Origin: Eledone cirrhosa
Lineage: Eukaryota
Length of the DNA: 64,000 bases
Direction: 5' to 3'
Assembly (NCBI GenBank): GCA_964016885.1
Contig: OZ024742.1
Location: forward strand, 299,708,001-299,772,000
The translations under genes and the position numbers were made by a program. Of this stretch, positions 1-14,349 are shown one piece after another. A model generated the notes under the pieces. It worked only from the letters and a program-made list of their open reading frames with translations. It had not been told where the DNA came from and ran no database searches. Position 1 is the stretch's first letter; each line of letters starts with the position of its first letter.

Positions 1-433
1 GGTAGTGGTGGTAGTGATGGTGATGATAACAATAGCCTCAACAAGAACAACAGTGATATAGAGAGAGGAGAGGAGCAGATAGACAGATGATGCGGTCAGA
101 ATTGTATGTAAAACAACATTTGTATACAATTGAAATATAAACACTAACAGTATATATGTTACTTCCGTCAATAACATTTACATAGAGTATATGAAAGTAT
201 ATACTAATACATATACATACGTACGCTTTCAGTCACACACACACATGTGTGTGCTTCTTTTCTACACAGGTATATATGGATAAATAGAGAGATAGAGAGA
301 TAGAGAAATAGAGTAAGCGATGGATATATATGTATATGTAGGCATATATGTATATATGTATATACATATATGTGTTTGTGTATAGATCAATTTAAAAAAA
401 AAAAAAAACAGGTGAAGGTAGATAGTTAGTTCA

Positions 434-566
434 TCGTTTTACGATCGTTTCAGAAGGTCCATTGACTGGTGGAGATTGATATACCGAGAAGCATGATAGT
501 GGTTAAGTTACTACCTATTTCTAGCCTCGAAATCCTTGTTCAATCGGCCGTATTCCTCAGAAACAA
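434..566 (-). ncRNA. Type I hammerhead ribozyme with long stem II insertion
   Basis: Minus strand reads ttgttt-CTGAGGA-(~100 nt, partly self-complementary)-GAAA-C-gatc-G-TA-aaacga. Stem I is ttgttt/aaacga and loop 3 is palindromic. Confidence 0.65.
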
Positions 567-600
567 ATTTAATATAGAAATGGCTTCTACAGGACTAGAA

Positions 601-665
<65 letters not shown>

Positions 666-2423
666 ATTCCTTAGATCCTTAGAGATTGTTTTTGTAAAAA
701 AGCAGGAGCGTAGTTTGTAGTTACGTTGCAGATACAGTATAATAAATGTTTACTTTTAATAAAATTAATAACGAGGCTGATGTTACATAAATCGTTTATT
801 CATCATAATTATTTCAACGGTTCTCCTATGCAATTAAGATGCAATTCATGCATTTGTTGTTATGAGAATGGTATCCTCAGATGAAATTCGATTTTGTGAT
901 ATGCCGCCGACAGGAAAGACACTTCTGCTCCTACAACCCGAGAGAGTGTAACAAATGGTTGTCCGCATGAGATGGAGAAAGACGGGTAAGGATGGGTTCA
1001 ATGGTGGGGGAGGAGTAGGAGGTTGAGTGGAAGTTGAGGCGGAAACCTCGGGTAATGAAGTAGTGGGGAGGAGACCTGAGTATCGTAACGTGATTTTGTG
1101 AAGAAGAGATTGGCGTGAAGCAAGGAGGAATTGATGCAAATAGAGGGTAGATGGTGGAGGATGGGTTTGGGGTGTGGAATAGAGCTGGCGGTGGAAGGAT
1201 TTGAGATTGGGCATGATTGAGGGCTGAGTGTGTGGAGAGGGTGGAGAAGCGACAGAGTGGAGAAGCGACAGAGTGAGACTAGCAGTTCGGCAGAGAAATA
1301 GACTTGAGGTGGAGACAAGGTGAGTCTAGGTGGGGCGGAGAAATAAACGTGAGGTGGTGGATAGAAGAGGCAAAAACACACAGGTGGAGGTTAGAGTAAA
1401 GAGTGGGAGGAAACTAGATAGTGTACCGGGCTGAGAGAGAAATAGAATGGTGAGATGGAGAAGATGAGAAGGGAGTAGTCAGAGAGAACTGTAGATAAAA
1501 AGTGAGTGTGAGTCGTGAGATATTGGTGTAATGCAAATGGATCTAAAGAATGTGCCAGGTTGCATAAATTATTACTAGGATCAACATGCTCATCTAAATC
1601 CCTTAAAGACGGTTCCCCGGCAAGACTGAAACTAGTAAAAAAAAAACAACTAAATTGTTCTAAACCAGCTTTAAGAAATTCTTTCCTTTCATAAAGTAAC
1701 ATTCTGTAATTCAAACATTTCCGGAATTCAGTGTCCTAATTGTTCTATCAAAGGAACAACTCGTCAAATATACGTTCAAGTGTCTCAGCATTCTACTGCT
1801 GCAAGTAGTATTGAAATAATTCTCAATGAGATTTAGCATGACACTATGTGACAAGGCTTGTCCTTTCATTTACGTATACACTCCATTCGAAGGGTTACCA
1901 AACAGTTACCGTCCACCCAATTTCACTCACAAGACTTGGGTCGACAGGGATTATATGCAAGTTATCACACATCGAACCAAAGAGCTTATGATTGCAAAGC
2001 TAACTTTTTAACCACTCTGCCATAACTGAATAAGTCACTAAACGAATTTCTATCGACAGAAACATACCCAAATATCTACATTCTTAGTAATCTAATCTAT
2101 GTTTTAGCTCTCATCGATCTGTTTCTTAGAAATCATACTTGTATATTTTTTTCAAACACATGCCCGTCACACCACGCAGGTATAAGAAAACTCAATATCT
2201 GAGAAATGTAAACGCTAAATGTTTGTTTAATAATCCGACTTAGTAATCCATGACTTGAGGTTTCATATGCTAAGGTTATCCTTCAGATCTCAGTAACTTA
2301 TATTACAATATACATACATTCGTGCTCACACTTATTTCCGAACACCATCATCACCACGCGTAAGTAGATCAAATACATCGACCTCATACTAAAATGATAG
2401 TATAAATGAATTTTATGATTTAT

Positions 2424-2488
<65 letters not shown>

Positions 2489-2543
2489 TGTATGTATGTA
2501 TGTATATGTATGTATGTATATATGGATGTATGTATATATATAT

Positions 2544-2614
<71 letters not shown>

Positions 2615-2621
2615 AAAAAAG

Positions 2622-2708
<87 letters not shown>

Positions 2709-2809
2709 ATTACGAGGATCAGCTGAAAAAGCCATCGGATTGATGTTAGAGCCGCGAAATCTTGCGTGCATTAATTTCAACTCTTCTTCCAGCATAGTTA
2801 CGTCCCTTT

Positions 2810-2925
2810 GAGTTCAAATCCCGTCGAGGTTAACTTTGCCTTTCATCCTTACAGAGTCGATAAAATAAAGTACCAGTAATGCACTGGGTAATTGCTGGCC
2901 TTGTGCCAAAAGTAGGAACAATTAA
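2810..2925 (+). mobile_element. Same SINE family, 5'-truncated copy
   Basis: gagttcaaatcccgtcgaggttaactttgcctttcatcc...gtaccagtaatgcactggg. Confidence 0.85.
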
Positions 2926-3059
2926 TTTCAACTCTTCTTATTAATAACTGAATTGTTTCTTTCCAGGAACTATGTTGAAAAATATACCTCATTTGGTCAG
3001 TCAATGAGTGTATCTTGGTCAGCGGTCAGCGTATGAACCTTTCGGCTGACCCTCGTACA

Positions 3060-3850
3060 TGGACGAATGTGATGTATCGATATATATGTAGATGGCAGAA
3101 GAAATAGTAAATAGAAGAAAAGCGAGATAAAACATTTGATGGTAGGATAAATACGAGGAAAATGAGAAATGCACATGAGAGTAATGATAGCAAGATGGAC
3201 TAAAGAAAGGATTAACGTCTGAAAGGATAGACACTGAAGAAAGGATGGAAGGATAGAGAAATGAATTAAAGAAAGTTTGCAAGGATGGAAGGATAAATAT
3301 TGTGAAGGATAGAGAGATCCACCGAAGGAACGATAAATGTTAAATAGACAAATGGAGTGAAGGAAAATGATAAATGGATAGACGGATGGACAGATGTACT
3401 AAGAAAGAATAGAAGGATAAATAGACGAAATGAAGAAATTGTTGATGGATAGAAGAATGCGTGGAAGGATGGAAAGATAGGCAGTCTGACTGAAGTTAGG
3501 ATGGAAGGATATACAGATAGATTGAAGAAGGAGCGAAGAGTTGAAAGGATAGAGATATGGTCGAGTGAAACTGTGGAATAATGAATGGTTGGGGGTAAGG
3601 TTAGATATATAAACGGAAGAAATGAAAAATGGAGTGAAGAATAATGAGGTGGGCGAAATGCAGGCTGGAAGGATAGAGAGATGGTCTGAAGAATGAATAA
3701 AGGAAATAGACAGTTGGAAGAACGAAATGATAGTCAATTAAACAGAAGAATGAAAGGAGAAATAGACTGGAAGGAATGATCGAAGGATGGACTGAAGTAA
3801 TGATGGAAGGATAAATGAAGCTTGAGTGACAGTATGAAATATGAAGGGGT
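3060..3850. repeat. Degenerate purine-rich (GGAAGGATA-like) low-complexity repeat
   Basis: Recurring gaaggatgga/gaaggataga units. Confidence 0.7.
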
Positions 3851-4559
3851 TTTAGATGAATACCTTTGCATGTACAAGATCATATATAATAGATGGGGGA
3901 GAAGTAAACTAATTGTCTACGAAAAATACATTAAGGAGAGTCAGTGCAAAATAATCAGTTATAATGTGTTTATATAATTTATGTCCTGAACACTTCTAGC
4001 ATTTCCTTTTTAAAGCGTTGGCTTCATTCCAAAACCACGAGGCTAGTTAACCTGATAGCTGGGAACTACCTCGATGGAGAGCGTCTGGCAGCTGGGAACT
4101 ACCACAATGGAGACTGCATGATGACTGGAAACTACCTTGATGGAGACAGCTTGGTGACTGGGAAATGCTGTGATAAAAATAACCTAGTAATTGAGAACGG
4201 ATGTGCTGGAAGAAGAAGCCATGTTGTTATTGATAGGAGTTTTAAGCTGGTTTTAATTTGCTGGTTTGGTCTTAAGGAAAGGACTGTGCAGTCAATCCGA
4301 GACTAGTGAAATGACAATTAATGTTCCATTAATGAACAGCTGCATGTGGCCGGCTACAGAAAAAAACATGTGCAAAGAGCAACAACGTGCAGAGTGGGGA
4401 GAACTGAGCATAATAGTTAGTGATAGTTTTGGACATGGTACAATACAAATGACGAGAGAAAGGAAAATGTGCGAATCGGCAATGTGTGAATGTAAGTGGT
4501 TCAAGAAAGAGCGGCCAGCTCCAAGGAGTAAAGGTTACAGGGATTCGTGACAGCATGAC

Positions 4560-4950
4560 TATGAATGAAAGGATGGAATGTATTGTTGAACGAATTCTTG
4601 CCATTCAGTCGAGTAGCCTTTCATTCATGTGGTCTATGATGTCTGCGTTGCATCAGTTGTAGATGTTAGTAGTGGTTGGTGGCTGGACTATTTTCTGGCC
4701 CTGAAGTGGAAGATCAATGTTTGTCAAGCAGTTTTGTGGTGCGTTCACCAGAAGAGATCATCAGTGATGTTGGAGCCTAGCATTGAGCGCATTAATTGCT
4801 TGCTAGTCAAGTGGTTTCCGACAATTTTTTAAAAGTACGTTTGGTTCTCGGAAGAATCTAGCTCACTGGTGTTTAAAGAAATGTGCCAACTATCGTTCAG
4901 ATTTGCGTCGTAAGCTGTATTTTCTAATTTCCTTCTCTTGAACTGCTAGA
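4560..4950 (-). pseudogene. Very old LINE (CR1/L2-like) ORF2 remnant
   Basis: Patchy minus-strand peptides LGSNITDDLFW and FRARK resemble the post-RT region of CR1-type ORF2; many disablements. Confidence 0.3.
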
Positions 4951-5031
4951 CTAAATTACGTTTGTACAAGATTTATAAACTGTACTATATATATATGTGA
5001 GTGTGTGTGTGTATGTATATAGAGAGAGGAG

Positions 5032-5100
<69 letters not shown>

Positions 5101-5101
<1 letters not shown>

Positions 5102-6850
5102 TGTTTCTTTTATTTGCCACCAGGGCATCAAAAGTGGGACAAGTACAATGGGGGGAGTTTACAAAACAAGGTGTCCTCAATAAGGAGGAGGCAATAACAA
5201 TATATAAAAAAAAAATAAAATATAACAAAAAATAAAATTTATAACAAAGTCCTCAATAGAGAGGAGGCGCCTTGGGGGGTCGCACACACCCCCGAAAAAA
5301 GTGTGCAACCCTTCTCCTCAAGAGCACAGAGAAGGGGTGCTCCCTTGGTATTTCATCTTCCTCACCTATAGTCTGATGTAGAGTGAAGGCCCATTCACAC
5401 GGGCCATTCTCGCCACTTTCACCCATCTTTCATAGAAACGGCTGGGGTGCAGCACCTCTCTCTCCATCCTGATCCTTCTTCCGAAATGATATCGGAAGAA
5501 ACGGACCAGTTGTTGGCCAGAGAGAAAGGTGTCTGACCTCAGTCCTTTCAGACGCGTCCACCATACAACCTCTTTCGCCATGGCTATTACGCACAGAAAC
5601 ACCGCCTCTCCTTCGTTTTTGAAGAGGGGAGGCGGCTTGATCGTTACAATAGACTCGGTGGTCAACCGGATTGGTCCCACCCTTGACAGCAGTTGTTCGA
5701 CATAACCCCACAGATCGGCAATGCCCGAGCAGTGTACCAATGCGTGTGCAACGGTTTCCTCGTCGCACACGCATCTGGGACAGATCTTTTTCGATGGGTC
5801 CCTACCCGGGCGCCCGTGTCTGTAGAGCCTTTCTCGAACGGGCAGAGCCCTTCTGTAGCATTGCCAGGCCAGGGACCTCTGGAAGTTATCCATGGATCCC
5901 GGGCTGAATGTCCTACCGAACAGGTTGGCCAGTTCGTCTTCCTCCATGCCTAGGGCTTCTCCGAGGGCGTCGTCGCACCTGCTAACCACCAGCCCTCTAT
6001 AGAATGACGAGGTGGATTCTCCACTGACAGCCGGGTCCGCCTGCCAGAGAGCCGTGAGTGCCTGGGCACACTCGGTGTGCCAGGCGCCCAGTTTTCTCGG
6101 TCTTTGCTTGACCCAGGATTGCAGCTCGGTGAGTGAGACGAGTCTGGGATAGGCTCGCCTCACAAACGGGGCCCACACCGGTTGACCGGAGAGGAATACC
6201 TGAAGGTGCCGTAGCCTTAATGCGTGTTTACGTATCATTAGCCACGGCATCCCCAGCCCTCCTTTCGAAGGGTGTTGACAGCAGATGGATCTCCTCACCA
6301 TAGGAGCCCGCTTCTTCCAAAGGAATTGGAAGAGTGTGCGCTCCATTTTGGCGAGCGTTTCCCTTGGGCAAGGCACAACGGTCAGGCGGTAGTAGATGAC
6401 GGACGCTATATAAGTGTTCGCCACCTCCGCCCGTCCTTTCAGGGACAGTTTGCACTCGGCCCACTTCTGGGTCAGTGCAAACACCCTGTTCGTCACCTCA
6501 CCCCAGTTCTTCTCCACCTGGAGGTCTGGTCCGAACCAGACCCCGAGCAACTTCACTGGGCTCTCCGTCCAGCGCCCGACGACGCCATCGGAGGGCATCG
6601 ATCTTCCCCTCCACGTGCCGAGTTGCAGACCGATCGACTTGTCCCGGTTCAGCTTAGCCCCTGTAAACCTTTCGTACTCCTCCAGTAAGGTGCCGATCGC
6701 CCTGATTTCCAAGGCCGTCGACATCGGCGTAGGCTGACACCGCTTTCCGCAATCCCGGTTCCAACGGGATGCCCTGCAACAACTCCAACTTCCGCAGCAG
6801 TGGCTCTAGAGTCATTACATACAGAAGGGAGGAGAGAGGGCACCCCTGTC
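5101..6850 (-). mobile_element. 5'-truncated Tx1/L1-clade LINE (RT core end, zf-RVT, 3' UTR, (ATCT)n tail)
   Basis: 6850-6725 encodes IRQGCPLSSLLYVMTLEPLL...AYAD, then shifts frame into ORF 5366-6724 (GAKLNRDKS, KLLGVWFG, LSLKGRA, KGGLG, CPRC..ETVAHALVHC). AATAAA precedes the (ATCT)n tail. Confidence 0.9.
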
Positions 6851-7294
6851 GGATAGATAGATAAATTTATTTTAGATTTTCTAATATACGCATGTTTTGC
6901 GAATATATTTCTAACATAATTAATCAAGGTGCCGGTGCATGCACGCCATACAGATTAGACTGAGCATTTCCGCTGAATTCTGGTTTATGTTTGATATAAA
7001 TAGTATTTGAAAATATATATATACACTTAGGAATGCTTGTCTCCTGGTGATTGGAAAACTACCTTTGAAAAATATAGAGTTAATCTCTTATGTGTTTCTG
7101 TGTAGGATGAGAATGACTGAATGTTTTTCTCGTTTATTTACGTTTTCAGAGTGAGGCTTATAAACTATGATTATAGCTACACTAAATACGCGGGAATATC
7201 TAAACTATAATAAAGGAAGGTCTGCGGGACTGCGTACAGTTTATTTTTGTTTTATCCAGTTAGTAAAATAAGTTGGATTACTTTGAATAAATAA

Positions 7295-7480
7295 TTGTTT
7301 CTACTTTTGGCACAAGGTCAGGAATTATCCAGTGTATTACTGGTACTTTATTTCATCGATCCCCGTAAGGATGAAAGGCAAAGTTAACCTCGGCAGGATT
7401 TGAACTCAGACCATAAAGGGCCGTAACTCTTTGCTGCAAAGCAAGGCCTCCGACGCTCTACCGATTCTGCAAATCCACCA
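7295..7480 (-). mobile_element. tRNA-headed SINE with gcctttcatcc..ggggtcgataaa..gtaccag core (MetaSINE-like)
   Basis: B-box gagttcaaatcc plus the shared core; many copies in the window. Confidence 0.85.
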
Positions 7481-7924
7481 GCCTTACTTTGAATAAATAA
7501 TGAATGAATTTTGACATAATTTATCTACTAAATTTCGTAAACAAAAATAATTTCGTAAAAATAAATAATTTAAAATTTACTTCTTTTCAAAGTTGCACTT
7601 CCGGTATATCGTTGCCACTACGACCACCACTTCAACTACCATAATATATATATATAGAGAGAGAGTGTGTGATGTCAACACTTCCGGTGGCGATCACTTA
7701 AATAAACATACTAATTTTCTGTCACTAATTTTCTCCTAATGCAGTTTATATATAATATCGTCTTTTTTTAATGTATCATGGATTACGTTTCTGATTACAT
7801 AAGACAGTGTAACAACGTCTTCGTTCAATTTCTGTTTATATTGTCAACTACGATTTTATTTGATGTATCATATCTACATGTATATATACTTGCGTATTAT
7901 ATCAATATACACACTACACTTGCG

Positions 7925-7960
7925 AGCAGAAAACCACCCGGCGGGTGGTTTTTCTGCTAG
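7925..7960 (+). mobile_element. Helitron-like 3' terminus (GC hairpin followed by CTAG|T)
   Basis: agcagaaaaccaccc-ggc-gggtggtttttctgct then CTAG-T. Confidence 0.5.
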
Positions 7961-8067
7961 TGTATTTAATAACATATCAGAAGTTAATAGCTCTTTAAAG
8001 CCGATCTAGTGACCTGCTGCTCTGGGTATTTCCCTATATTTTACAGGATTCAAGATCTGCCTTAATA

Positions 8068-8200
<133 letters not shown>

Positions 8201-8289
8201 CAAAGGGATATTTAATTTGTTGGTAATTCAACAAATATATATATTTATAACAGATTCGAAGCACTCGACAAGTTTTCTCGAGTATAATA

Positions 8290-8507
8290 TCAATGATATT
8301 AATAAATGGAAACTATATTTATAAAACCATATTTATTCTATTATATATATTTCAAGGGTACCAAACTTTGGTACGTTCTCATCTGATAAAATATGTCAAC
8401 ATTTATAAAACAAGCTCTGTATTTTATCAGATGAGAGCGTACCAAAGTTTTGGAAACCTTGAAATATATATAATAGAATAAATATAGTTTCCATTTATTA
8501 ATAGCAT

Positions 8508-8510
<3 letters not shown>
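8290..8510. mobile_element. Inverted pair of hammerhead-like pLTR/retrozyme fragments (core CAGATGA variant)
   Basis: 8422-8478(+): ttttat-CAGATGA-stem-GAAA-t-atat-a-TA-atagaa. Mirror copy at 8336-8391(-). Flanked by (TA)n. Confidence 0.6.
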
Positions 8511-8560
<50 letters not shown>

Positions 8561-8561
<1 letters not shown>

Positions 8562-9367
8562 GGTGCCTTTTATTCTTATAGCCTGGTCTAATTGATTTTT
8601 TGTGTGGTTAATTATGCTGATTGGGAGTAGAGATGATGTATATATATAATCAAATAATTCTCTGGACATGCTTTACTCTATAGTATTTTGCTCTGATTGT
8701 TTAATTTATTAATTCTTCATTGAGCCACATCATGAATAGTAGCCAAAACACATATATACCTGTGACTTTGTTTAATTGGTGTATGTGTAAATATTTATAT
8801 TTAATAATCTCCATAAGGTTGAGATACAATTTGGGCGATATTGGGCTGCGCTTTCTAGCAACCAACCCACTTGCCGTAAGCAACCAATCACACCCTTCCT
8901 GACTTGACCACTGCCACCTCACAGTTCTCAACCATTTTGAATTCGTGTTTGGCGGGGCCACTTCGGAAAATAATCTGTCCTAGCGAGTTTGTCCCCTGAA
9001 GAGCTCTAAACTCGAGATTTATCCTTAATAAGGTATCTCAAAATGTGAGCGAAACCCATGGGTCGGGAATTAGTGATCCTGGTATGTATATAAGCATTTT
9101 TAACTTTAATTTTTTTCCTAATTATGTATGGTTGACCGTATATTTAATTAATTTCCACGTGCTGTTAAAATGTTGGTTAAATATTCTATAGCGGTTGGAC
9201 GCGAAGACGCTGTTGTTGTGTATTTATTTACTGTTTCTTCATAGGTGCCTTTTATTCTTATAGCCTGACTAATTGATTTTTTGTGTGGTTAATTATGCTG
9301 ATTGGGAGTAGAGATGATGTATATATATTATCAAATAATTCTCTGGACATGCTTTACTCTATAGTAT
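8561..9367 (+). mobile_element. ~680-bp non-coding hammerhead element (family A) with ~125-bp terminal direct repeat
   Basis: 8562-8686 is repeated at 9243-9367; (TA)n on both sides; homologues at 30475-31150 and 31303-31782. Confidence 0.8.
8992..9068 (+). ncRNA. Type I hammerhead ribozyme
   Basis: tccc-CTGAAGA-gctc...gagc-GAAA-C-ccatgg-G-TC-ggga. The catalytic core is complete and predicted cleavage is after C9064. Confidence 0.85.
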
Positions 9368-9697
9368 AAATATATATATATACATATGTCTATATATATA
9401 TTGTTATACTTGGGGAGGGTCATATTTGTGTAATATTGCCAGAATTAATAACAGAACATACTCACTGTTTGGTTGGTTTTCGCTTCTCGCTGTCTTTTAT
9501 ATCGGTAATCTAACTTACTCGGTCCTCAATGTTGCCATTGACTGACCGACGGTCAAAAATAATACAGATACAATATAGACACAAACACATATATACAGTT
9601 TATCATAAATCTTTCGTTGCACATCTGCAACATCGTCAGTGGTGTTATATTTTCCTCCTGTTGTGTTGTATGTCTACGCCATTTTTTATTCAGTCTG

Positions 9698-9737
<40 letters not shown>

Positions 9738-9740
<3 letters not shown>

Positions 9741-9894
9741 AAAAGGTATGACCCCGACGGCAGAGCTCAAGCCGTTTCGACGGCTATCTATTTCTGGACT
9801 ATTTCATACTTTTCCTATTTCCCAATCTACTACCCTAAGTATTGAGTACTCTGGTGCGTTATGGTCCATCTGGCTCCTCACCACAATTTCTTTG

Positions 9895-9898
<4 letters not shown>
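9738..9898 (-). mobile_element. Short (TA)n-embedded repeat carrying the 3' half of a hammerhead (GAAAcggc..gccGTC)
   Basis: Homologues at 43563-43710 and 56136-56328; the latter contains an internal inversion. Confidence 0.6.
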
Positions 9899-9961
<63 letters not shown>

Positions 9962-10066
9962 ACAGGACCAGCAATTATTCACTTTACACTTACATGCTTC
10001 TAAATTAAATCAAAGCCAACATCGAACCGAAGCGAATGTACACACACACACACATATATATATATG

Positions 10067-10099
<33 letters not shown>

Positions 10100-10486
10100 G
10101 CGTGTGTGCATATATATGTATTCATATGTATTAAAAAATACTTATATACATTCGTACATAAATGTATACATACATTGATAAATAGATAATACACACATAC
10201 ATAGACACATATATATATACATAAAACATACATACCTACAAACATGAGAACCTTTCATTGACTGGTTCGTGCTGTTACCTTAGCTCCCTATATAGAAACA
10301 TACATACATATATGCAAGCATGCATACATTCACACATGCAAGCAAGCATACATATATGCATGCATACGTACACATATATGCAAACATACATACACGCATG
10401 CATGTAAGTATATTTACATATATAATGACATGCATACATATATATACATACATACATATTTACATACATGTATATATACATACAAA

Positions 10487-10790
10487 CATGATGGCTGAGC
10501 CCTCGTTATCGAGTGTGTCCATTGCATGATATACCATTAATAATAATTATTAATTAATTCTATCGTGCAATGCATGTGCGTGAAGATATTTTTTAAAGTG
10601 AGGAAAGACTGTGCACTGAGCCAATCCCACTCTCTGAGCGACAGTAGCTATAACCCGAAAAGAAGAAAATATCAACATTATCGGTAACTACTGAGGCGCA
10701 CGTTTTATATCGGAGTTTTCCCAGTTTTCTGAGAAGAATGCCCTGACAAAGGCTAGGGGTCCTTCACTCCCAGTGGTTTAACCGCGCGGT
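10487..10790 (-). mobile_element. Non-autonomous RTE-derived element, family X (copies 13967-14247 -, 39790-40135 +)
   Basis: Three recognisable copies share the tctaggagaagg.aactc motif and the 3' end gcagccatcat(gtat)n found on the RTE at 19128. Confidence 0.75.
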
Positions 10791-11199
10791 ACATGTGTAT
10801 ATACATATTTACACACTTTTGGATGGCCATTGACACTTATGAGTTCTTCCGCCCTTTGCTTGGTTTTTTTTTTGTCCTGCAGGGTGTCTAAAATCACCCT
10901 CCTCACTAAGTAAACTTGGTGGGGTTGCCGGTTTAGTCGCCGGCATGTATGCATACGCATATACTTGCATCCATGCATACATACATACGTACATAGAAAC
11001 ATACATTCATACATACATGCATACATACACACATGCATGCATGCATGCATACGTATATACTCGCATGCATACATGAATGAATGCATGCATGCATCCATCC
11101 ATCCATACATAAATACATACATACATACATACATACATACATACATACATACATACATACATACATACATACATACATGCATATTTACATACATATATA

Positions 11200-11811
11200 C
11201 ATGGTGGCTGCCAACTCGTTTTCGAGTACGGCCACTACTTTATATCCATGTAGGAGAACCCCCACCGATGCGCTGAACGAGTGTGACTTTTTAGTCCAGC
11301 CAGCGACTTGAAAACCCTGGTACAAACACTACACGTGTGACAATTATTGACACATAGTGCTGGGCCCGTGGTACCATGTGACGACAAGTGCAGAGAGATC
11401 TCCAGATATAAAGCAATACCTGTGCCGTGAAGCTTTTATAGTGATCAAAGGCACTGCACAAAGCCAATCACACTCTCTTAACCAAGATGATATTTACCAA
11501 AAAGAAGAACAAGTCAACATCATTGGATACCATCAGGGTTGCAGGTGTGATATCAGAGTTTTCCTTCTCCTAGAATTCTGCCTTGACAAAGGCTAAGGGG
11601 TCATCTCTCCCGGTGATTTTGGATGGCCATTGACTCTTAAGAGCTCCGTTGCCCTTAGACAGGTTTTGTTTTTAGTCCTGCAGGATGTCCAAAGTCACCC
11701 TCCTCACCAAGAAATCTTGGTGGGGTTGCCAGTTTTGTCGCCAACGACCCCACCATGAGACAGGTTGTACTGGGATACAGGTTACCAGTAGCACCAACTG
11801 GTGACCTGACA
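11200..11811 (-). mobile_element. Non-autonomous RTE-derived element, family Y (copies 14348-14838, fragment 10815-10945)
   Basis: Repeated in the window; contains ctaggagaaggaaaactctgat and ends gcagccaccat(gtat)n. Confidence 0.75.
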
Positions 11812-12389
11812 TATATACATACATACATGCATACACACATACATACAATCTAACATATATACCTATAAACATACATACACATATCAGGTTGTATGTGATG
11901 CATGAAGTGTGTCAGAAAAAATACAATTAATATAAATTGAATATTAATTAAAACTGAACGGTAGAGTGAATGAATAAATAATGAGTTATTACAAATGGCT
12001 GTAAAACAGTGTAGCGAATGATAAGATGAATGAACGAGCGTAGCAAAGGAATGAATACAAAGCTAGGCGTGTGTTGATGAATGGAGTCAGATTGGCACCT
12101 GTAAATCTGATATATATATATATATATATATATCAATGAAAATAGTGTATACACTGGAGAAATGTTGCAAACAGCTACAGCTGCATTGATAAATAGAGGC
12201 TGATATCGAAAGCGTATGTTGTAAGGTATTGATAATCACTCATTGACACTCGCATACATACAGGGAGAGAGAGAGAGAGAGAGGGTGAGAGAGAGACGCA
12301 CGCATACATACACACATACAAGCACACTTACAGGCATACATACATACATATATACATACATATGTATACATGTATGTGTGCGTTTTATA

Positions 12390-12447
<58 letters not shown>

Positions 12448-12863
12448 AACACACACACACACATATATATATAAATATATATAATGTATAATAAACAATA
12501 CAATATAATTACCTCATTACCAGAGGTTTCCCGAATAAGACAAGGCAATTTAAAACATAGTGAAATAATTGTAAAATCTCCTCAAGAAAGGCAAGAGTTT
12601 AACGGGCAAAAAAAAAAAATAAAGCAAGAGATATATAAAAATAAGGAAATATAGTTAGGGTATATGTATAAATGTGTATATATTCACTCACAAATGTACA
12701 TATGTGTGTATGTACAAATGCATGTGTATAGTGAAAATGTGTGTGTTCGTCAGTACGTATATGAGGGCAAGCATAATAGTCTATGTGTGACCAATACGTA
12801 TATAATATAAGTTGAAAAATAATGTACATCCACTTATAAATATATATATACATATATATATAC

Positions 12864-12936
<73 letters not shown>

Positions 12937-12999
12937 CATAAATAGATAGATAGATATAGATATATACATTTATATACACACACGAACACACACAGACAT

Positions 13000-13087
<88 letters not shown>

Positions 13088-14275
13088 GGTTGTATGCTTG
13101 TGTGTGTATATAGACGATGCATATAACTATAAAAAAAGAGCCCATTTCTGAGTACATGCGATCTGACATAAACAGTATTACACTTGATTACATGCTATTA
13201 ACGCATAAAGACAACGTAATGATAGCATTGAAGCCGGCATACGTCACCTTTCACATTACAAAGTGATCTTGGCGGGTATTTTCAGAATGGAATCTCTTGA
13301 ACGTTATGCAGACAGGAAATAATGATTCTAGAAAGCTGATACGTTAGCTACCTGTATGCTATCTATTATCTGTGATATATCATAAGATAAGCAGCTTCAC
13401 CAAATGTTCACCTGTTACAGTGTTTTCTCATTAACCCTTTCTTATATTTCTTATGAAATACACGCCTGACCTATGATTTTCGAAAATCAATCTTCAAAAC
13501 GATTTACTCACTTTCTCGTTATTTATCTCGTATTTGAAACTTGGTTCTTACATAAAATTATGATAATAGTTTTTTTTAGATATAAATAAACATTTTATAA
13601 CAAACATTTATACATACATACATACATACATATAATTACAAGTACAATCCATTAATGGAACAGTAAAAATATGTAAAACATTCCAAAACTTTTAAATCTT
13701 ATAACAGCATATACACATGTACAGATACAAAGTATATACACACGCACGCATACAACTCAAAGCATACACATTCCATCCGCACATACAATAACATCCATAC
13801 CAACACATGCATGCATGCAGACATGCATACATATCTACCTAGTTGATGTTGTGTAAATTCCAATGAGAGAGTCTTGTATCTATGTTAGAAACCGACTCTC
13901 TCTCTATTGGCAAACATTTGTAAAATTATAAAACCAGAAGAACATACATACATACATGCATACATACATGATGGCTGCCCCCACGTTATTGATCATTATC
14001 AATTAATGCTATAGTGCAATGCCTGTGCCTAAAGATTTTTTTTAAGTGAGGAAAGAATGTGCACTGAGCCAATCCTACGCTCTGAGCGACAGTAGCTGCA
14101 ATCCGAAAAGAAGAAAAGATTAACATCATCGGTAACTATTAAACCGCAGGTTTTATGTCGGAGTTATCCCAGTTTTCTGAATTGCCTTCTCCTAGAAGAA
14201 TGCCTTGACAAAGGTTAACGGTCCTTCACTCCCAGTGGTTTAACCGGATACATACATATATATACTCACACACCC

Positions 14276-14306
<31 letters not shown>

Positions 14307-14316
14307 CATACATACA

Positions 14317-14349
<33 letters not shown>

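Noticed and set aside
9402-9632. TG...CA solo LTR (related ends at 59925-60035 and 61060-61122)
   Set aside because: It is clearly a repeat, but no TSD, PBS or internal domain supports an LTR call.
13287-13345. Small putative host exons (also ~2967 and ~24030)
   Set aside because: Only splice-like dinucleotides are present and the peptides are not recognisable.
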